DNA of 64,000 nt from an uncultured Methanosarcinales archaeon. Lineage in GTDB: Archaea; Halobacteriota; Methanosarcinia; Methanotrichales; Methanotrichaceae. Location of the stretch: contig CAWJKV010000012.1 in NCBI GenBank assembly GCA_963843555.1, positions 32,001-96,000 on the forward strand. The letters run 5' to 3'. A model generated the notes under the pieces. That model made no database searches. It was given only the letters and a program-made list of their open reading frames with translations, and was not told where the DNA came from. A program made the position numbers and the translations under genes. Positions 1 through 9,979 of this stretch are shown in pieces (the stretch's first letter is position 1; each line of letters begins with the position of its first letter).

Positions 1-2
1 CG

Positions 3-380
3 GCATCCAACCTGGAGCGCATAGCGGACCACGCCCATCGCATTGCCGAGATCGCCAGCCAGCGAAGCTACAACCTGCCCGAGGATTTGAAAGAGGAGCT
101 TTCCCGCATGGATTCATTGCTGTGCGGCCTGCTTGACGACTCTATATCCTATTTGCTGCAGACCAACTCCAACAAGGCCAATGAGCTTATCGACAGGATC
201 AGAGAGGTTCAGAAGCATGCGGAGGGGATAGCCAAATCATCCGACAGCAAAGACAAATCGGAGATGCTGGTTAGGCTGGTCCTGGCGAGCAGTCTGGAGC
301 GTATGCTTGACTACATCATGAACATAGGCGAATTGACCATAAACCTCAGCCATGCCACCCGCCCGGCTGAGAAGGTATGA
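3..380 (+). CDS. phoU: PhoU-family phosphate uptake regulator, C-terminal part (truncated by window edge)
   Basis: Frame open from base 3; two PhoU motifs (NLERIADHAHRIAE and SLERMLDYIMNIGE). Confidence 0.85.
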   Translation, partial: ASNLERIADHAHRIAEIASQRSYNLPEDLKEELSRMDSLLCGLLDDSISYLLQTNSNKANELIDRIREVQKHAEGIAKSSDSKDKSEMLVRLVLASSLERMLDYIMNIGELTINLSHATRPAEKV

Positions 381-489
381 TGCCTTAAGCTATGATGACT
401 CCTTTCCTCATTCTTTCCAATGGCAATGAGAACAGAAGGTCTCTCTGGCGCGCCACTTGAATATATCAGTTGCAACAAAATAGTTAGTC

Positions 490-1041
490 ATGAGCGATGA
501 TATAATTAGTGAAAAGGCCATCGAAATTCTCAATCCCGGCCGGCTCTATTTTGCCATCAAAGCCATGAGAAGATCGCCAGTCAGGATATCGTTCGACATG
601 GGCGACTTGAATATATCATCGGGAGCCGTCTCATCACTTGTGAGCATAGAAGGCAAATTGCCGGAAGAGGTGCGCAACATGGAATGGCTGGTGTCACTGG
701 AGGATCTGAAGATCGTGGAGGATTTGATCCCGCCGGATACATATTATTGGGAGAACCGGGCACTGGTGCTGGAGTGGCAGTGCGACCTGATTGTCAGCAG
801 CACCATCGATGAAATAAGCCCTCTGGAGTCGCTCGACCAGGAAGAAGAATACAAAGATCAGCTCTTGATCACTAATAAAGAGTATCGTGAACTGCAGATG
901 GCATTGGATGACTGCAATTCCCATATACCGCAAGTCCTCTTTTCGATTTATCCCGACCGGCTGAATTTTGCTGTCAATTGCTCAGAGCTTGATGAAATTG
1001 TAGGAACAATGATCCAACTTAAGAGCCAGAAAGAGGAGTGA
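490..1041 (+). CDS. Hypothetical acidic protein, 183 aa
   Basis: Long ORF with ATG and upstream AT-rich promoter-like sequence; no recognised motif. Confidence 0.65.
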   Translation: MSDDIISEKAIEILNPGRLYFAIKAMRRSPVRISFDMGDLNISSGAVSSLVSIEGKLPEEVRNMEWLVSLEDLKIVEDLIPPDTYYWENRALVLEWQCDLIVSSTIDEISPLESLDQEEEYKDQLLITNKEYRELQMALDDCNSHIPQVLFSIYPDRLNFAVNCSELDEIVGTMIQLKSQKEE

Positions 1042-1101
1042 CAAAAAAGGGTTGTGCTGCCATCGAGTGCAGCACACTCGTCAAGTTCTAAGTTTCCTGA
1101 T

Positions 1102-1845
1102 CTAGTACTGGATTCGGCTTTCCAGAGGAGGGACCGAATATACAATTGGCGCCGGTGGAGAGGAGATATCATAACTGGATATGACATTTCCCGTTGCATC
1201 CTGCAGAGCTACAATGTTATCGATCCAGAGGGGTGCTGTGTTATTGGTGTAAATGTCGGTGGCTGTACCGATGCCGTTGCCCTCATGCACTTTAATTGAC
1301 AGGCCGTCACCCAGCGAGATCGCCGGGAAGGTGTAGGTTGTATTTCCTGCCGAGACCAGCTTCCATCCCGTGATATCCCAGTCGCCCACTGCCTGATTTG
1401 TTATCTGGACATACTTGTCATCCAGCGTATTTACCTTGGTGATGCTGACCTTTACGGCAGGAGCGGGAACGCCCGCATCACGGCTGAATACCAAATTTGT
1501 GTCAGCTGTCTCTGTCACATCCGAGTATCCGCCGGTGAGGTTCTTACCCAGGACTGCGGATGTTCCTTTGGTATAGTTGGAGAGCTGCGTGAATCTTGAC
1601 GCCGTCTCTTGAGGCGCGGCGATAGGTTCCGCCTCAGTAGCATTTTGTGGAGCGGCAACGCTAGCGGTCTCGGTAACCATCACAGGGACCTCAACGATAG
1701 TGGCGTTTGTGGTGTTCGTAACATTCAAAGCTTCGCTAGTAGCGTTTGTGGCGTTAGTGGCATTGATGGCATCCTGTGACAGGACCTGCCCCGCCGAGAA
1801 AGTCACTAATATCGCTAATAGTATCAACATAGTTGTACTTCTCAT
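1102..1845 (-). CDS. Secreted lamin-tail-domain (LTD) protein
   Basis: Signal peptide, N-x-T rich linker, C-terminal KYVQITN..WDITGWKL..YTFP..VHEG LTD-like motif. Confidence 0.8.
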   Translation of the reverse strand: MRSTTMLILLAILVTFSAGQVLSQDAINATNATNATSEALNVTNTTNATIVEVPVMVTETASVAAPQNATEAEPIAAPQETASRFTQLSNYTKGTSAVLGKNLTGGYSDVTETADTNLVFSRDAGVPAPAVKVSITKVNTLDDKYVQITNQAVGDWDITGWKLVSAGNTTYTFPAISLGDGLSIKVHEGNGIGTATDIYTNNTAPLWIDNIVALQDATGNVISSYDISSPPAPIVYSVPPLESRIQY

Positions 1846-2038
1846 ATGTGTACCTCAATCAAAATGTGTTCGCAGAAAAATATAAGCCTTTCTAAAAATT
1901 GCTTTGTATTCATCAATTATGCTAATGGAATTTATAAATGCTCATTGTTTTCGGAGAATAAATGACAGGCAGGAGAAGACCGGCCTATCGCGTTCCGCCC
2001 CGAAAGGACGGTTTTCAGAGCTCCTGCCAGATGTATCA

Positions 2039-2281
2039 CTAAGCTACGACAGTCTCATTCGTACTGATTGTTACGTTCTCAGTCGCGTTGATGGTAACAT
2101 TTCCAGTAGCGTTGATGGTCGCATTCCCAGTGGCGTTGATGGTTATGTTCCCGGTAGCGTTGACGGATGCGTTCTCGCTGGCGTTCACATTTTCAGCAGC
2201 CATCTCCTCACCGAAGACGACTCCCAAAGAGAGCGCCATCAGGAGAGCGAATAGCACGGATCCACTTGATATTTTGCTCAT
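2039..2281 (-). CDS. Small secreted protein made of 8-aa NATGNxTI repeats
   Basis: Signal peptide followed by 24-bp tandem repeats; GGAG RBS upstream. Confidence 0.75.
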   Translation of the reverse strand: MSKISSGSVLFALLMALSLGVVFGEEMAAENVNASENASVNATGNITINATGNATINATGNVTINATENVTISTNETVVA

Positions 2282-2505
2282 AATTTACACTCCATTTACT
2301 TTATGCTGCGTATTAGGACGCGGATCTGAATTTAAACTTTTCTCCAGCAGGAATCCATATATTTTATATTGCAATGAGGATTTGTCAATTGGGAATGTAC
2401 TTTCCCTAAATAGAAAATGGATTTACACAAAATCATGGTAGATATCATTTTCATCATTTAGGAACAAGCAGGAAATATTTGTTGACGGGAATGGAGATCT
2501 CTAAT

Positions 2506-3849
2506 TCAACTTCTCACATAGAGCTTGCAGCTCTCAATGAATCGATCTGTGGAGAAGGAATAGAAATGCGCATGCAGGTATCCGCCCATGGTATTGTTCT
2601 CCACCAGGCCGTCCCGACCGTCAACGATTCCTCTGCCCCTGTATAGCCGGTAGGCAAAGGATGCGTCCCTCTCGCAATCACAGCGCGAGTAATGAAACTC
2701 ATGCCCGCGAATGGTTTGACCCAGCTTTGCCAGGGGATTATGACCCGTCACCTCTGCTTTCACATACCCCAGCGCAACAAGCCGTTTTGTCATAATAGTC
2801 GTGCAGGGCAGGGCGCCCACCATCTTATAGGACCCAGTCTCCGATTCTAGGCCGCGACCCAGGTACATCAGGCCGCCGCACTCTCCATAGATGGGCATCC
2901 CATCTTCAGAAGCCCTTTTTATCTGCCCGAGAGCGGGAGCCGCTTCCAGCCGGGAGGCATACAGCTCCGGATAGCCTCCGCCGATATACAGGCCATCCAC
3001 ATCAGGCAGGCTGTCTCGCAGAGGGCTGAAAGATACCAGTTCTGCGCCTCGCCTCTCCAGTTCGCGCAGGTTCTCGTAATAATAAAAGCAAAAGGCTTCG
3101 TCCTGGGCTATTCCTATGCGCACCGATCTTTCCGCCTCTGCCTTCACCTCTGGAGCCGGACGGGCAACCGCGGAGAGCTTCAGGATCTCATCGATGGATG
3201 CATTCTCCTCCAGAAAGGAGGCCAGATACTCTGAATCGTGCTCCTTCTCAAAACCCATTACCAGGCCCAGGTGACGGCTTTTCATTTCCATCTCTCGTTC
3301 TCGGGGCAAAGCGCCGAAGATGGGCTTCTTCAAGCAGCTCTTGAGCATGGCCAGGTGGCGGAGGCTGCCGACCCGGTTGAGTATGGTCCCCACCATACGC
3401 ACCTGTGGGTCAAAGCCTGCAAACCCCTGCTCCATGGCTGCGGCGCTGCGCGACATGCCATGCACATTGATGACCAGAAGAGTAGGGATGTCCAGGATCT
3501 TGGCCACCTGGGCAGTGCTTCCCACATCTGTACCGTCCATGCCGTCGTAAAGCCCCATGACACCTTCTACCACAGCCACATCTGCTCCATCAAGGGCGGA
3601 GCGAAAGGAACGACGCACACCATCCTCACCCATCATAAAAGGATCGAGATTGAGCGAAGGCCGACAGCAGATGGCGGCATGATGGGATGGGTCGATGAAA
3701 TCCGGACCGACCTTGAAGGGCTGAACCACCAGGCCACGAGCACGAAGAGCGGCCATGAGACCCAGAGTAACTGTGGTCTTACCGACGCCGCTATGGGTGC
3801 CAGCGATGAGCACAGCCGGGATCCTGGACAATGTATCAGACGGGCTCAT
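2506..3849 (-). CDS. cbiA: Cobyrinate a,c-diamide synthase family (CbiA/CobB, or its F430 paralog CfbB)
   Basis: SGVGKTT P-loop, FKVGPDFIDP, EGVMGLYDG, glutamine amidotransferase GGGYPEL/ECGG and GHEFHYS; likely start MSPSDTL at 3849. Confidence 0.9.
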   Translation of the reverse strand: MSPSDTLSRIPAVLIAGTHSGVGKTTVTLGLMAALRARGLVVQPFKVGPDFIDPSHHAAICCRPSLNLDPFMMGEDGVRRSFRSALDGADVAVVEGVMGLYDGMDGTDVGSTAQVAKILDIPTLLVINVHGMSRSAAAMEQGFAGFDPQVRMVGTILNRVGSLRHLAMLKSCLKKPIFGALPREREMEMKSRHLGLVMGFEKEHDSEYLASFLEENASIDEILKLSAVARPAPEVKAEAERSVRIGIAQDEAFCFYYYENLRELERRGAELVSFSPLRDSLPDVDGLYIGGGYPELYASRLEAAPALGQIKRASEDGMPIYGECGGLMYLGRGLESETGSYKMVGALPCTTIMTKRLVALGYVKAEVTGHNPLAKLGQTIRGHEFHYSRCDCERDASFAYRLYRGRGIVDGRDGLVENNTMGGYLHAHFYSFSTDRFIESCKLYVRS

Positions 3850-3901
3850 GAAATGACCTTGCTCCGGCAAGGATATTAACACGCCGGAAGATGTTTTTGG
3901 C

Positions 3902-4637
3902 ATGCTGGTTGGCGTAGTTAAGAGAGGAAAATATGGAGAACGCTTGCTGGAGACCATAAAGACCAGGACGGACTTCCAGGTGGTCTCAGTTGAGGTGCCC
4001 CAGGTGTTGCCGGGCTTTATCGAGGACCCGGAGGAGTTTATCAAAGAATTGAACCTCGATCCCAGGATCTTCCAGGCAGATCTGCTCATTCTCTATACCT
4101 TTCATCCTGACCTGACTCCGGAGATCGTGCGCCTGGCCGGCCGGGGTGGGGTCAAAGCGGTCATAATTCCAGGCGGCATCGGACGGGCCGGCTCCATTGG
4201 CGAGCTGGAGAAGATCGCAGAGAAGTATAACATTCACATCGAGGTGGATGAGATCTGCTGCACTCTGGAAGAATGCGGCAATCCCACCGTTGACGAGTTC
4301 GCAAAACGCCTTGGCAAGCCCGAGCTGGAGGTGGAGACCAGGGATGGGCGCATCCGCAATGTCAAAGTCTTGCGCGGCTCACCCTGCGGTGCGACCTGGC
4401 ATGCGGCCGCAGGCATGTTGGGAAAGACGGTGGACGAGGCACCTTCTATGACCGGCCTATTCTGCCAGCAGTATCCATGTCGCGCCGTGCGGGGCGGTCC
4501 TGGCGGCATCCACACCTCAGGAGATCTGCACAAAGATGCCATGGAGAGGGCTCTGGGCAAAGAAACACAACTGAGACTGCCTGAACAGTCCAGGCCCATC
4601 AAGATCGTGCCGGGCAAGAAAGGGAGAGAAGGCATGA
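3902..4637 (+). CDS. DUF166-family protein (3' end uncertain)
   Basis: HPDLT, ICCTL, VLRGSPCGATW, QQYPCRA, IHTSGDLH motifs; the ORF runs on into the fumarase N-terminus, probably through an indel. Confidence 0.75.
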
Positions 4638-5441
4638 GGGAGCAGGTAATAGATGCCATTGTGCGCGTTCTTTTGCGGGCCGAGACGACGTCTTCCCTCC
4701 TGGGTCATGCAAAGTATCGAGGAGGCGGCGAGCCTCGAGACAAATTCGGTGGCCTGTTCTCACCTGCAGTTCATGCTGGATAATGCGAGGCTCGCCGAGG
4801 CCCGAGGCCTCCCTCTCTGCCAGGATACGGGACTTCCTGTATTTCATGTTCAGATGGGCCGCGACCGGATTTTGGACTTCAGCCTGAACGATGCCATCGC
4901 CGAGGGCGTAAGGATCGCCACAGCAGAGATTCCGCTGCGACCCAATACAGTCGATCCAATAACTCGCAAGAATAGCGGAGACAACACCGGACCCGGGATG
5001 CCGGACATAATCCTGGATTATGTGGATGGCCCGGGCCTGAAGATCACTGCCTTTCCCAAAGGAGCAGGCTCGGAGAACATGAGCCTGGTGGGCATGCTCA
5101 ATCCGGCGGACGATCCTTTTGATTTCATCATCAAGACCGTGTCCGAGCGGGCAGCCAATGCCTGTCCGCCCCTTTTTCTGGGGATCGGCATCGGCGGCAG
5201 CTTTGATCTGGCGGCACGCCTTGCCAAAAGGGCACTTTTCAATATGCCTGGGACTTCGCCCCAGGAGCTGCAATTGTTGAAAAGATTGAACCTTTTGGGC
5301 ATCGGTCCCATGGGTCTGGGCGGAGACACAACCGTCCTCGGCCTCAGAATCGAGACCGCCTTCTGCCATACTGCTTCCTTGCCTGTAGCCATAAACTTCC
5401 AGTGTTGGGCCAACAGAAGTGCAACTGAGGTGATCCCTTGA
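4634..5441 (+). CDS. Fe-S fumarate/tartrate hydratase alpha subunit (frameshift near 4688)
   Basis: MREQVIDAIVRVLLRAET joins LPSWVM...; PLCQDTG, PKGAGSEN, ACPP, CHTASLPVA, CWANR. Confidence 0.9.
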
Positions 5442-5972
5442 CAGAGTTTCACCTCAGGACACCTTTGAACGCCGCTGATGTGAAAAAGCTTGCCGCCGGG
5501 GATGTGGTATTCCTGAGCGGGCCCATTTATACGGCGCGCGACAAAGCTCACGCCCACATGCGTCAGAAAGGCGCTCCCGTCTCTTTGCAGGGGGCGGCCC
5601 TCTACCACTGCGGACCACTTATTCGCGGGAATACAGTACTCTCCGCCGGGCCGACCACCAGCGGCCGTATGGCACGCTATACCGAAGAGATCCTGGACCG
5701 GGGCGTGCGAGCCATCATCGGCAAAGGAGGTCTGCCGGGAGAGCCTTTCCTGAACAGGGCCGTCTATCTGGCTTATCCTGGAGGCTGCGGTGCCGCTGCA
5801 GCTCTGCAGCTCCGGGTTATGGATGTGCATTGCCGGGAGCTGGGCATGGCCGAGTCCATCTGGGAGTTCGAGGCTCGAAGAGTTCGGCCCCATGATTGTG
5901 GCTGTGGATTCCCATGGCAAAGATCTCTACAAGGATGTGAGAAGGTCGGCCGAGATACAGATGAAGGATTGA
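5438..5972 (+). CDS. Fe-S fumarate/tartrate hydratase beta subunit (frameshift near 5877)
   Basis: YTARDKAH, YHCGP, AGPTTSGRM, IIGKGG, LGMAESIW, then FGPMIVAVDSHGKDLY in the next frame. Confidence 0.9.
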
Positions 5973-6605
5973 GACGAGCTGCAGAGGAGGCAAGGTATCT
6001 GGTGAATCGAGGCTACTCCAAGGACTCTGCTATTCGCTTTGTCTCCGATCACCACCAACTCCGGGACGAGCATAGGTTCGTGCTCACAAGAATGATAGTT
6101 GCCGCGGAGCGTGCGCGCTCCAGAAGGGCAAAGGCTCAAAGCCCTGGAAACGCTCTCGGCAAATGAGGTTTTCGTGGACGGATACAATGTTCTCATTACT
6201 ACAGAGAGCCTTCTGGCAGACTATCCGGTTTATTTATGCGACGACGGCTTTCTGCGCGACACGCGAGGGATCTTCAGAAGCTATAAGATCTCCCGGCTCA
6301 CGTCTCCCGCTCTCTCTCTGATCCTTGATCTTCTGGCGCAGGCAAAGCCTGTTCGCGTAGAGGTGCTGCTGGACCAGCAGATGAGTCGCAGTGGAGAGCT
6401 GGCGGAATTGGTGCGATGCATGATGGCAGAGCGGGGCCTGCCGGGAACGGCCAGGACCGCCAGGGATGTCGACCACCAGCTCAAAGTCGCAAAAGCAGGT
6501 GTTGCAACCAGTGACGGGAATGTGATTGACGCCGCCAAGAGGATCTATGACCTTCCCGCAGAGATCGCGAAAAGGCTAGGCATTAGCCCGCGGTTGGTTC
6601 AATAG
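5969..6605 (+). CDS. DUF434-family (PIN/NYN-like) protein (frameshift near 6135)
   Basis: TTG start overlapping the upstream TGA; YLVNRGY..FVSDHHQL then VDGYNVLIT, DDGFLRD, SRSGEL, ATSD. Confidence 0.8.
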
Positions 6606-6716
6606 TCACGAGAGAAATCTCGGGTGATTGAGACATTCATATCAATCGTCATCTTTTTATGGTACAGTTGATTATTATACTATTAGGGTAGCATAAACTT
6701 TGGGAATATTGGGTGA

Positions 6717-7172
6717 GTGGCAATGAAAGAGAGAGTTGTAGCTTTAGTTGTACTGGTACTGTTGCTTATGGGTGGACTTGGGCTGGCATCCCATCCCATG
6801 TTTTTTCCGCTCAGCGAGCACACCATGGCCAAAGAGATAAGCCCGAGCGGAATGCCGCTCTACAGGACGAATACATTTTCGTCCGACGACGAGCAAGCCG
6901 CCTCCTGGCTGCTGATCTGGCGAGACGCCCAACCTCACACAGTGGAGTGGAGATGGTACTGGCCGGAGGGGAGGACATATGCTCGATCATTCAGCAATGT
7001 GCCTCCTATCGATGGATTCACAGGAATGTGGTCTGCGCCCGTCTGGAGCAAACTCAAGATCAAGGGAACTGATGTCGCTCGACTGCCTGGAACGTGGAAG
7101 GTGGATGTAATAGTGGACTACAGAAAGATCCTCACAGAGTACTTCACCATCAACAGTCCAGAGACTTGCTGA
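6717..7172 (+). CDS. Hypothetical secreted/membrane-anchored protein
   Basis: N-terminal hydrophobic segment, beta-rich Trp-containing domain (WRWYWPEG, PGTWKVDV). Confidence 0.7.
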   Translation: MAMKERVVALVVLVLLLMGGLGLASHPMFFPLSEHTMAKEISPSGMPLYRTNTFSSDDEQAASWLLIWRDAQPHTVEWRWYWPEGRTYARSFSNVPPIDGFTGMWSAPVWSKLKIKGTDVARLPGTWKVDVIVDYRKILTEYFTINSPETC

Positions 7173-7363
7173 ACCAGGATCTAGGGTCTATCCAAATCTC
7201 GAATTAGGAAAGGCCATCTGAATTTGGCCGGATCTTTAGCTTTGCCTTTCTATTATTTTTATTCACCAGTCTCGTCATTTCTTATCAGCATATGGAAAGG
7301 AAAGTTAAAGAAGACAGTCGACCATATAAAACTCAGAGATCTTCATTGGAATGGTGCTGGAAG

Positions 7364-8083
7364 ATGGAACTGGAGTTTGGTGGCAAGAGGCGCGAGCCCG
7401 ACATTCGCCGGCTCTCCGATATGCGTGAAGTGATCTTTGATCAGAGCTGGCTGGCGGCAGCGGAGGACTTTGAGCTCTATTACATGTATCGCGACCTTTT
7501 CCTGAGCAGGGGAGACGGGGAAAAGCTGCGGGAACAGAACATTCGGTATGATATTACCATCATTCCGCCGGGTATGCTCGGTCGAGAATATATCAAAACG
7601 GCCGGCCATTACCATCCGCTCGTGCCAGGTGGCAGCGTCACCTACCCTGAGCTTTACGAGGTCCTGGAGGGGGAAGCACTTTACCTCCTGCAAAGACAGG
7701 ATCTTGGCGATGTGGTAGCAATAAATGCCTCAGCCGGGGACAAGGTTCTTGTGCCGCCAAATTATGGCCACATAACCATAAACGGCTCCAATAAAAAACT
7801 CAAAATGGCCAACTTTGTGGCCGGGAATTTCTCGTCGCTCTATGGTCCCATCAAGGAAAAAGCCGGAGGAGCTTACTTTTTCACCAAAGAAGGCTGGATA
7901 AAGAATGAACGATATCCAAAAGCAGCAGAGCTACGAAAGGTCGAGGCGCCAGACAGCAGAAGCCTGGCGCGACTAGGCCTGACTAAAGGCAGGGAGATGT
8001 ATCCGCTGCTAAGAGAAAAGGGGCATCTGGAGTTCCTGACCAGGCCCGACGAGCATCTTGAGCTCTTCGAGGGAATCGTCTGA
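7364..8083 (+). CDS. pgi: Archaeal cupin-type glucose-6-phosphate isomerase
   Basis: LYYMYRD, RYDITIIPP, KTAGHYHP, PELYEVLEG, VPPNYGHITIN. Confidence 0.9.
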   Translation: MELEFGGKRREPDIRRLSDMREVIFDQSWLAAAEDFELYYMYRDLFLSRGDGEKLREQNIRYDITIIPPGMLGREYIKTAGHYHPLVPGGSVTYPELYEVLEGEALYLLQRQDLGDVVAINASAGDKVLVPPNYGHITINGSNKKLKMANFVAGNFSSLYGPIKEKAGGAYFFTKEGWIKNERYPKAAELRKVEAPDSRSLARLGLTKGREMYPLLREKGHLEFLTRPDEHLELFEGIV

Positions 8084-8138
8084 GGACGAGAGTTGTCTCG
8101 AAAGCCGGATTAGATACCTCTTTCAGAAGCGGTTCATA

Positions 8139-9062
8139 ATGCATCTGAGCCTCTCCAGATTTAGGGCGCATATTGAGCTGCTCCGCCCCCCCCTGGCCGC
8201 AATGGACCTGGCCATGCCCGCCGCTTCGGCTCTATTGGCAGTCTATGCGGTGGAGGGCGTGCTGCCCCCCCTATTGCCGTTTCTTGCAGCCGTCGTCGGA
8301 GCTTACTGTGCCATCACCAGCTCCTATGTCTATAACGACTGCTGCGACATCGATGTGGACAGAATAGCCATGCCCAACCGGCCGCTGCCATCTGCCAAGC
8401 TTGGAAAGAAAGAGGCCCTGGCCTGGTCGCTCTTCCTTTTTCTCGTAGCTATGGCGGTGGCCCTGTACCTCAATCCGGAAAGCTTCGTGACCCTCATTGT
8501 CGCCACGCTCTTGATCACCATCTACTCCGCCTGGGCCAAGAGAAGTACGCCCTTCTCCTGGATCTTTGTGGGCCTATCCTTTGGGCTGGTGCCTCTGGGC
8601 GTCTGGCTGGCCATGGAGCCGGCAGGGTTTCTAAAAACGGGCCCGGGCCTTCATCCCGCCGCCCTGGTCCTTTCGGCAATGATATGCATAACCGATTGGG
8701 GGTTCACCAACTGCGATGCCTCGCGAGATGTGGCAGGCGACAGAGAAGAAGGAATCCCGACCACGCCCGCCACTTTCGGCATCCCAGCTACCGCCAAGAT
8801 GGTGGCAGTCTTCTGGCTGATCGGCATCCTCCTTTCTCTTGCCCTGGGGCTTCTGGCTGACCTGGGATGGCTTTACTTCTTCGCCGCAGGCGCTGCAGGA
8901 GGCTGGCAGCTCCGGCATACCCTGGACTTCGTTCACAATCCGACTGCTGAAAGAGGTGACAGACTCTTTTACCAGTCTGCCAACTACCGCGCCGTGCTCT
9001 TCGCGGCCATAATTGTCGATGTGCTGCTGCGCACAATCCTGCCCATGGCGATCGGGTTCTGA
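8139..9062 (+). CDS. UbiA-family prenyltransferase
   Basis: YVYNDCCDIDVDR..NRPLPS and DASRDVAGD aspartate motifs, multiple TM helices. Confidence 0.9.
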   Translation: MHLSLSRFRAHIELLRPPLAAMDLAMPAASALLAVYAVEGVLPPLLPFLAAVVGAYCAITSSYVYNDCCDIDVDRIAMPNRPLPSAKLGKKEALAWSLFLFLVAMAVALYLNPESFVTLIVATLLITIYSAWAKRSTPFSWIFVGLSFGLVPLGVWLAMEPAGFLKTGPGLHPAALVLSAMICITDWGFTNCDASRDVAGDREEGIPTTPATFGIPATAKMVAVFWLIGILLSLALGLLADLGWLYFFAAGAAGGWQLRHTLDFVHNPTAERGDRLFYQSANYRAVLFAAIIVDVLLRTILPMAIGF

Positions 9063-9119
9063 TCCGCAGCAAAAAGGGAAATAGTTCAGTCAAATGAATA
9101 AGGAAAATAGCGAATCGAA

Positions 9120-9593
9120 TCCTGGGTGGGCCAGAACCGATTCACAACGCCCAACTTGCTGGAGCCTATCATTGGAGTGACCGGCCTGGCCCTGCCCGGA
9201 CTCGACATTATGCCAACAGGCGGCACAGCGCTGGAATCGAAACACAGCCTCCTTTTACGGGAACCCATTCATCAAGGTGCCATATGCCTCCTTCAGCTAA
9301 TGGCTTGCTGCCCGCGCCTTTTCCGACCGTGTATTAGCGCGAGAGATCCCGACATTTTGCTGCGCCAACTAAGGCGCGCAACTTTCAGCAGCCGAGATTC
9401 TTATCCTCACAGGCTCGTAGCCGAATGCATTGCCCGAAGGGATAGCATCTCCTGGAACAAGGGATACGATCCGCCCTAGGAGCGAACCCATGCCGCCTAC
9501 CGGTTGGGGCAAGCACCTAAATCATCCTCGCCAAACAGAGCATTATCGGAATCTAGTTAAGCCCATGGCACGCCCGCCATCCGTTTGAAGACA
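9120..9593 (-). ncRNA. Candidate large structured non-coding RNA of unknown family (~470 nt)
   Basis: No credible ORF; many nested and long-range helices with G-U pairs on the minus strand; TATA at 9618-9624 and T-rich tract at about 9070-9109. Confidence 0.6.
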
Positions 9594-9617
9594 CGCGACA
9601 AATTGACTACATAATCG

Positions 9618-9625
9618 TTATATAC
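9618..9625 (-). promoter_or_regulatory. TATA box for the candidate ncRNA
   Basis: Minus-strand GTATATAA about 25 nt upstream of the first predicted helix. Confidence 0.55.
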
Positions 9626-9979
9626 ATTGTAGTTTGCAGTTGAAGGCCCGGCTGAGCGGAGAATGGATATGGAAAATGGAGAACAGGCCCTGGCAATTCC
9701 CCGTGCTCTAAGTATCCGGTCACGAGCTTCTAATCATTTGTTTGCCCACCGTCTATGTCATAATGATAGTCAAACAAAACAGGATTCGCGGATGCTTTCT
9801 ATGAATTTTTATTATTCTAAATGAAAAATATATGTTGACCCACAACCCAAACCTGGATATATACCAAAGAGAGTAAGGCCATTCCCGGGAACAGGCCGCA
9901 GTTACCACGGCTTTTTGTTCTCGATCTGATCGAATCATCTAGATTATGTGTAGGCGTTCTTTTGGTTCCGCTGACGAGA

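Noticed and set aside
3902..5441. DUF166-fumarase alpha fusion
   Set aside because: The GCATGA stop/start overlap at 4634-4637 and the window's high indel rate favour two genes; cannot be settled without reads
9061..9095. Group I intron Q/R-like words (ATCCGCAGC..GTTCAG)
   Set aside because: No AGACTA/TAGTCC P7 pairing; the sequence is better explained as a terminator zone
9086..9479. ORFs 9126-9479 (+) and 9086-9268 (-)
   Set aside because: No recognisable protein features; they overlap dense RNA-like pairing
9120..9593. RNase P RNA, SRP RNA or intron-containing tRNA as the identity of the structured region
   Set aside because: TAGCCGAATGC on the plus strand recalls RNase P, but GAGGAAAGTCC and the AACAGAA..GGCTTA end are absent; there is no SRP helix-8 motif and no cloverleaf
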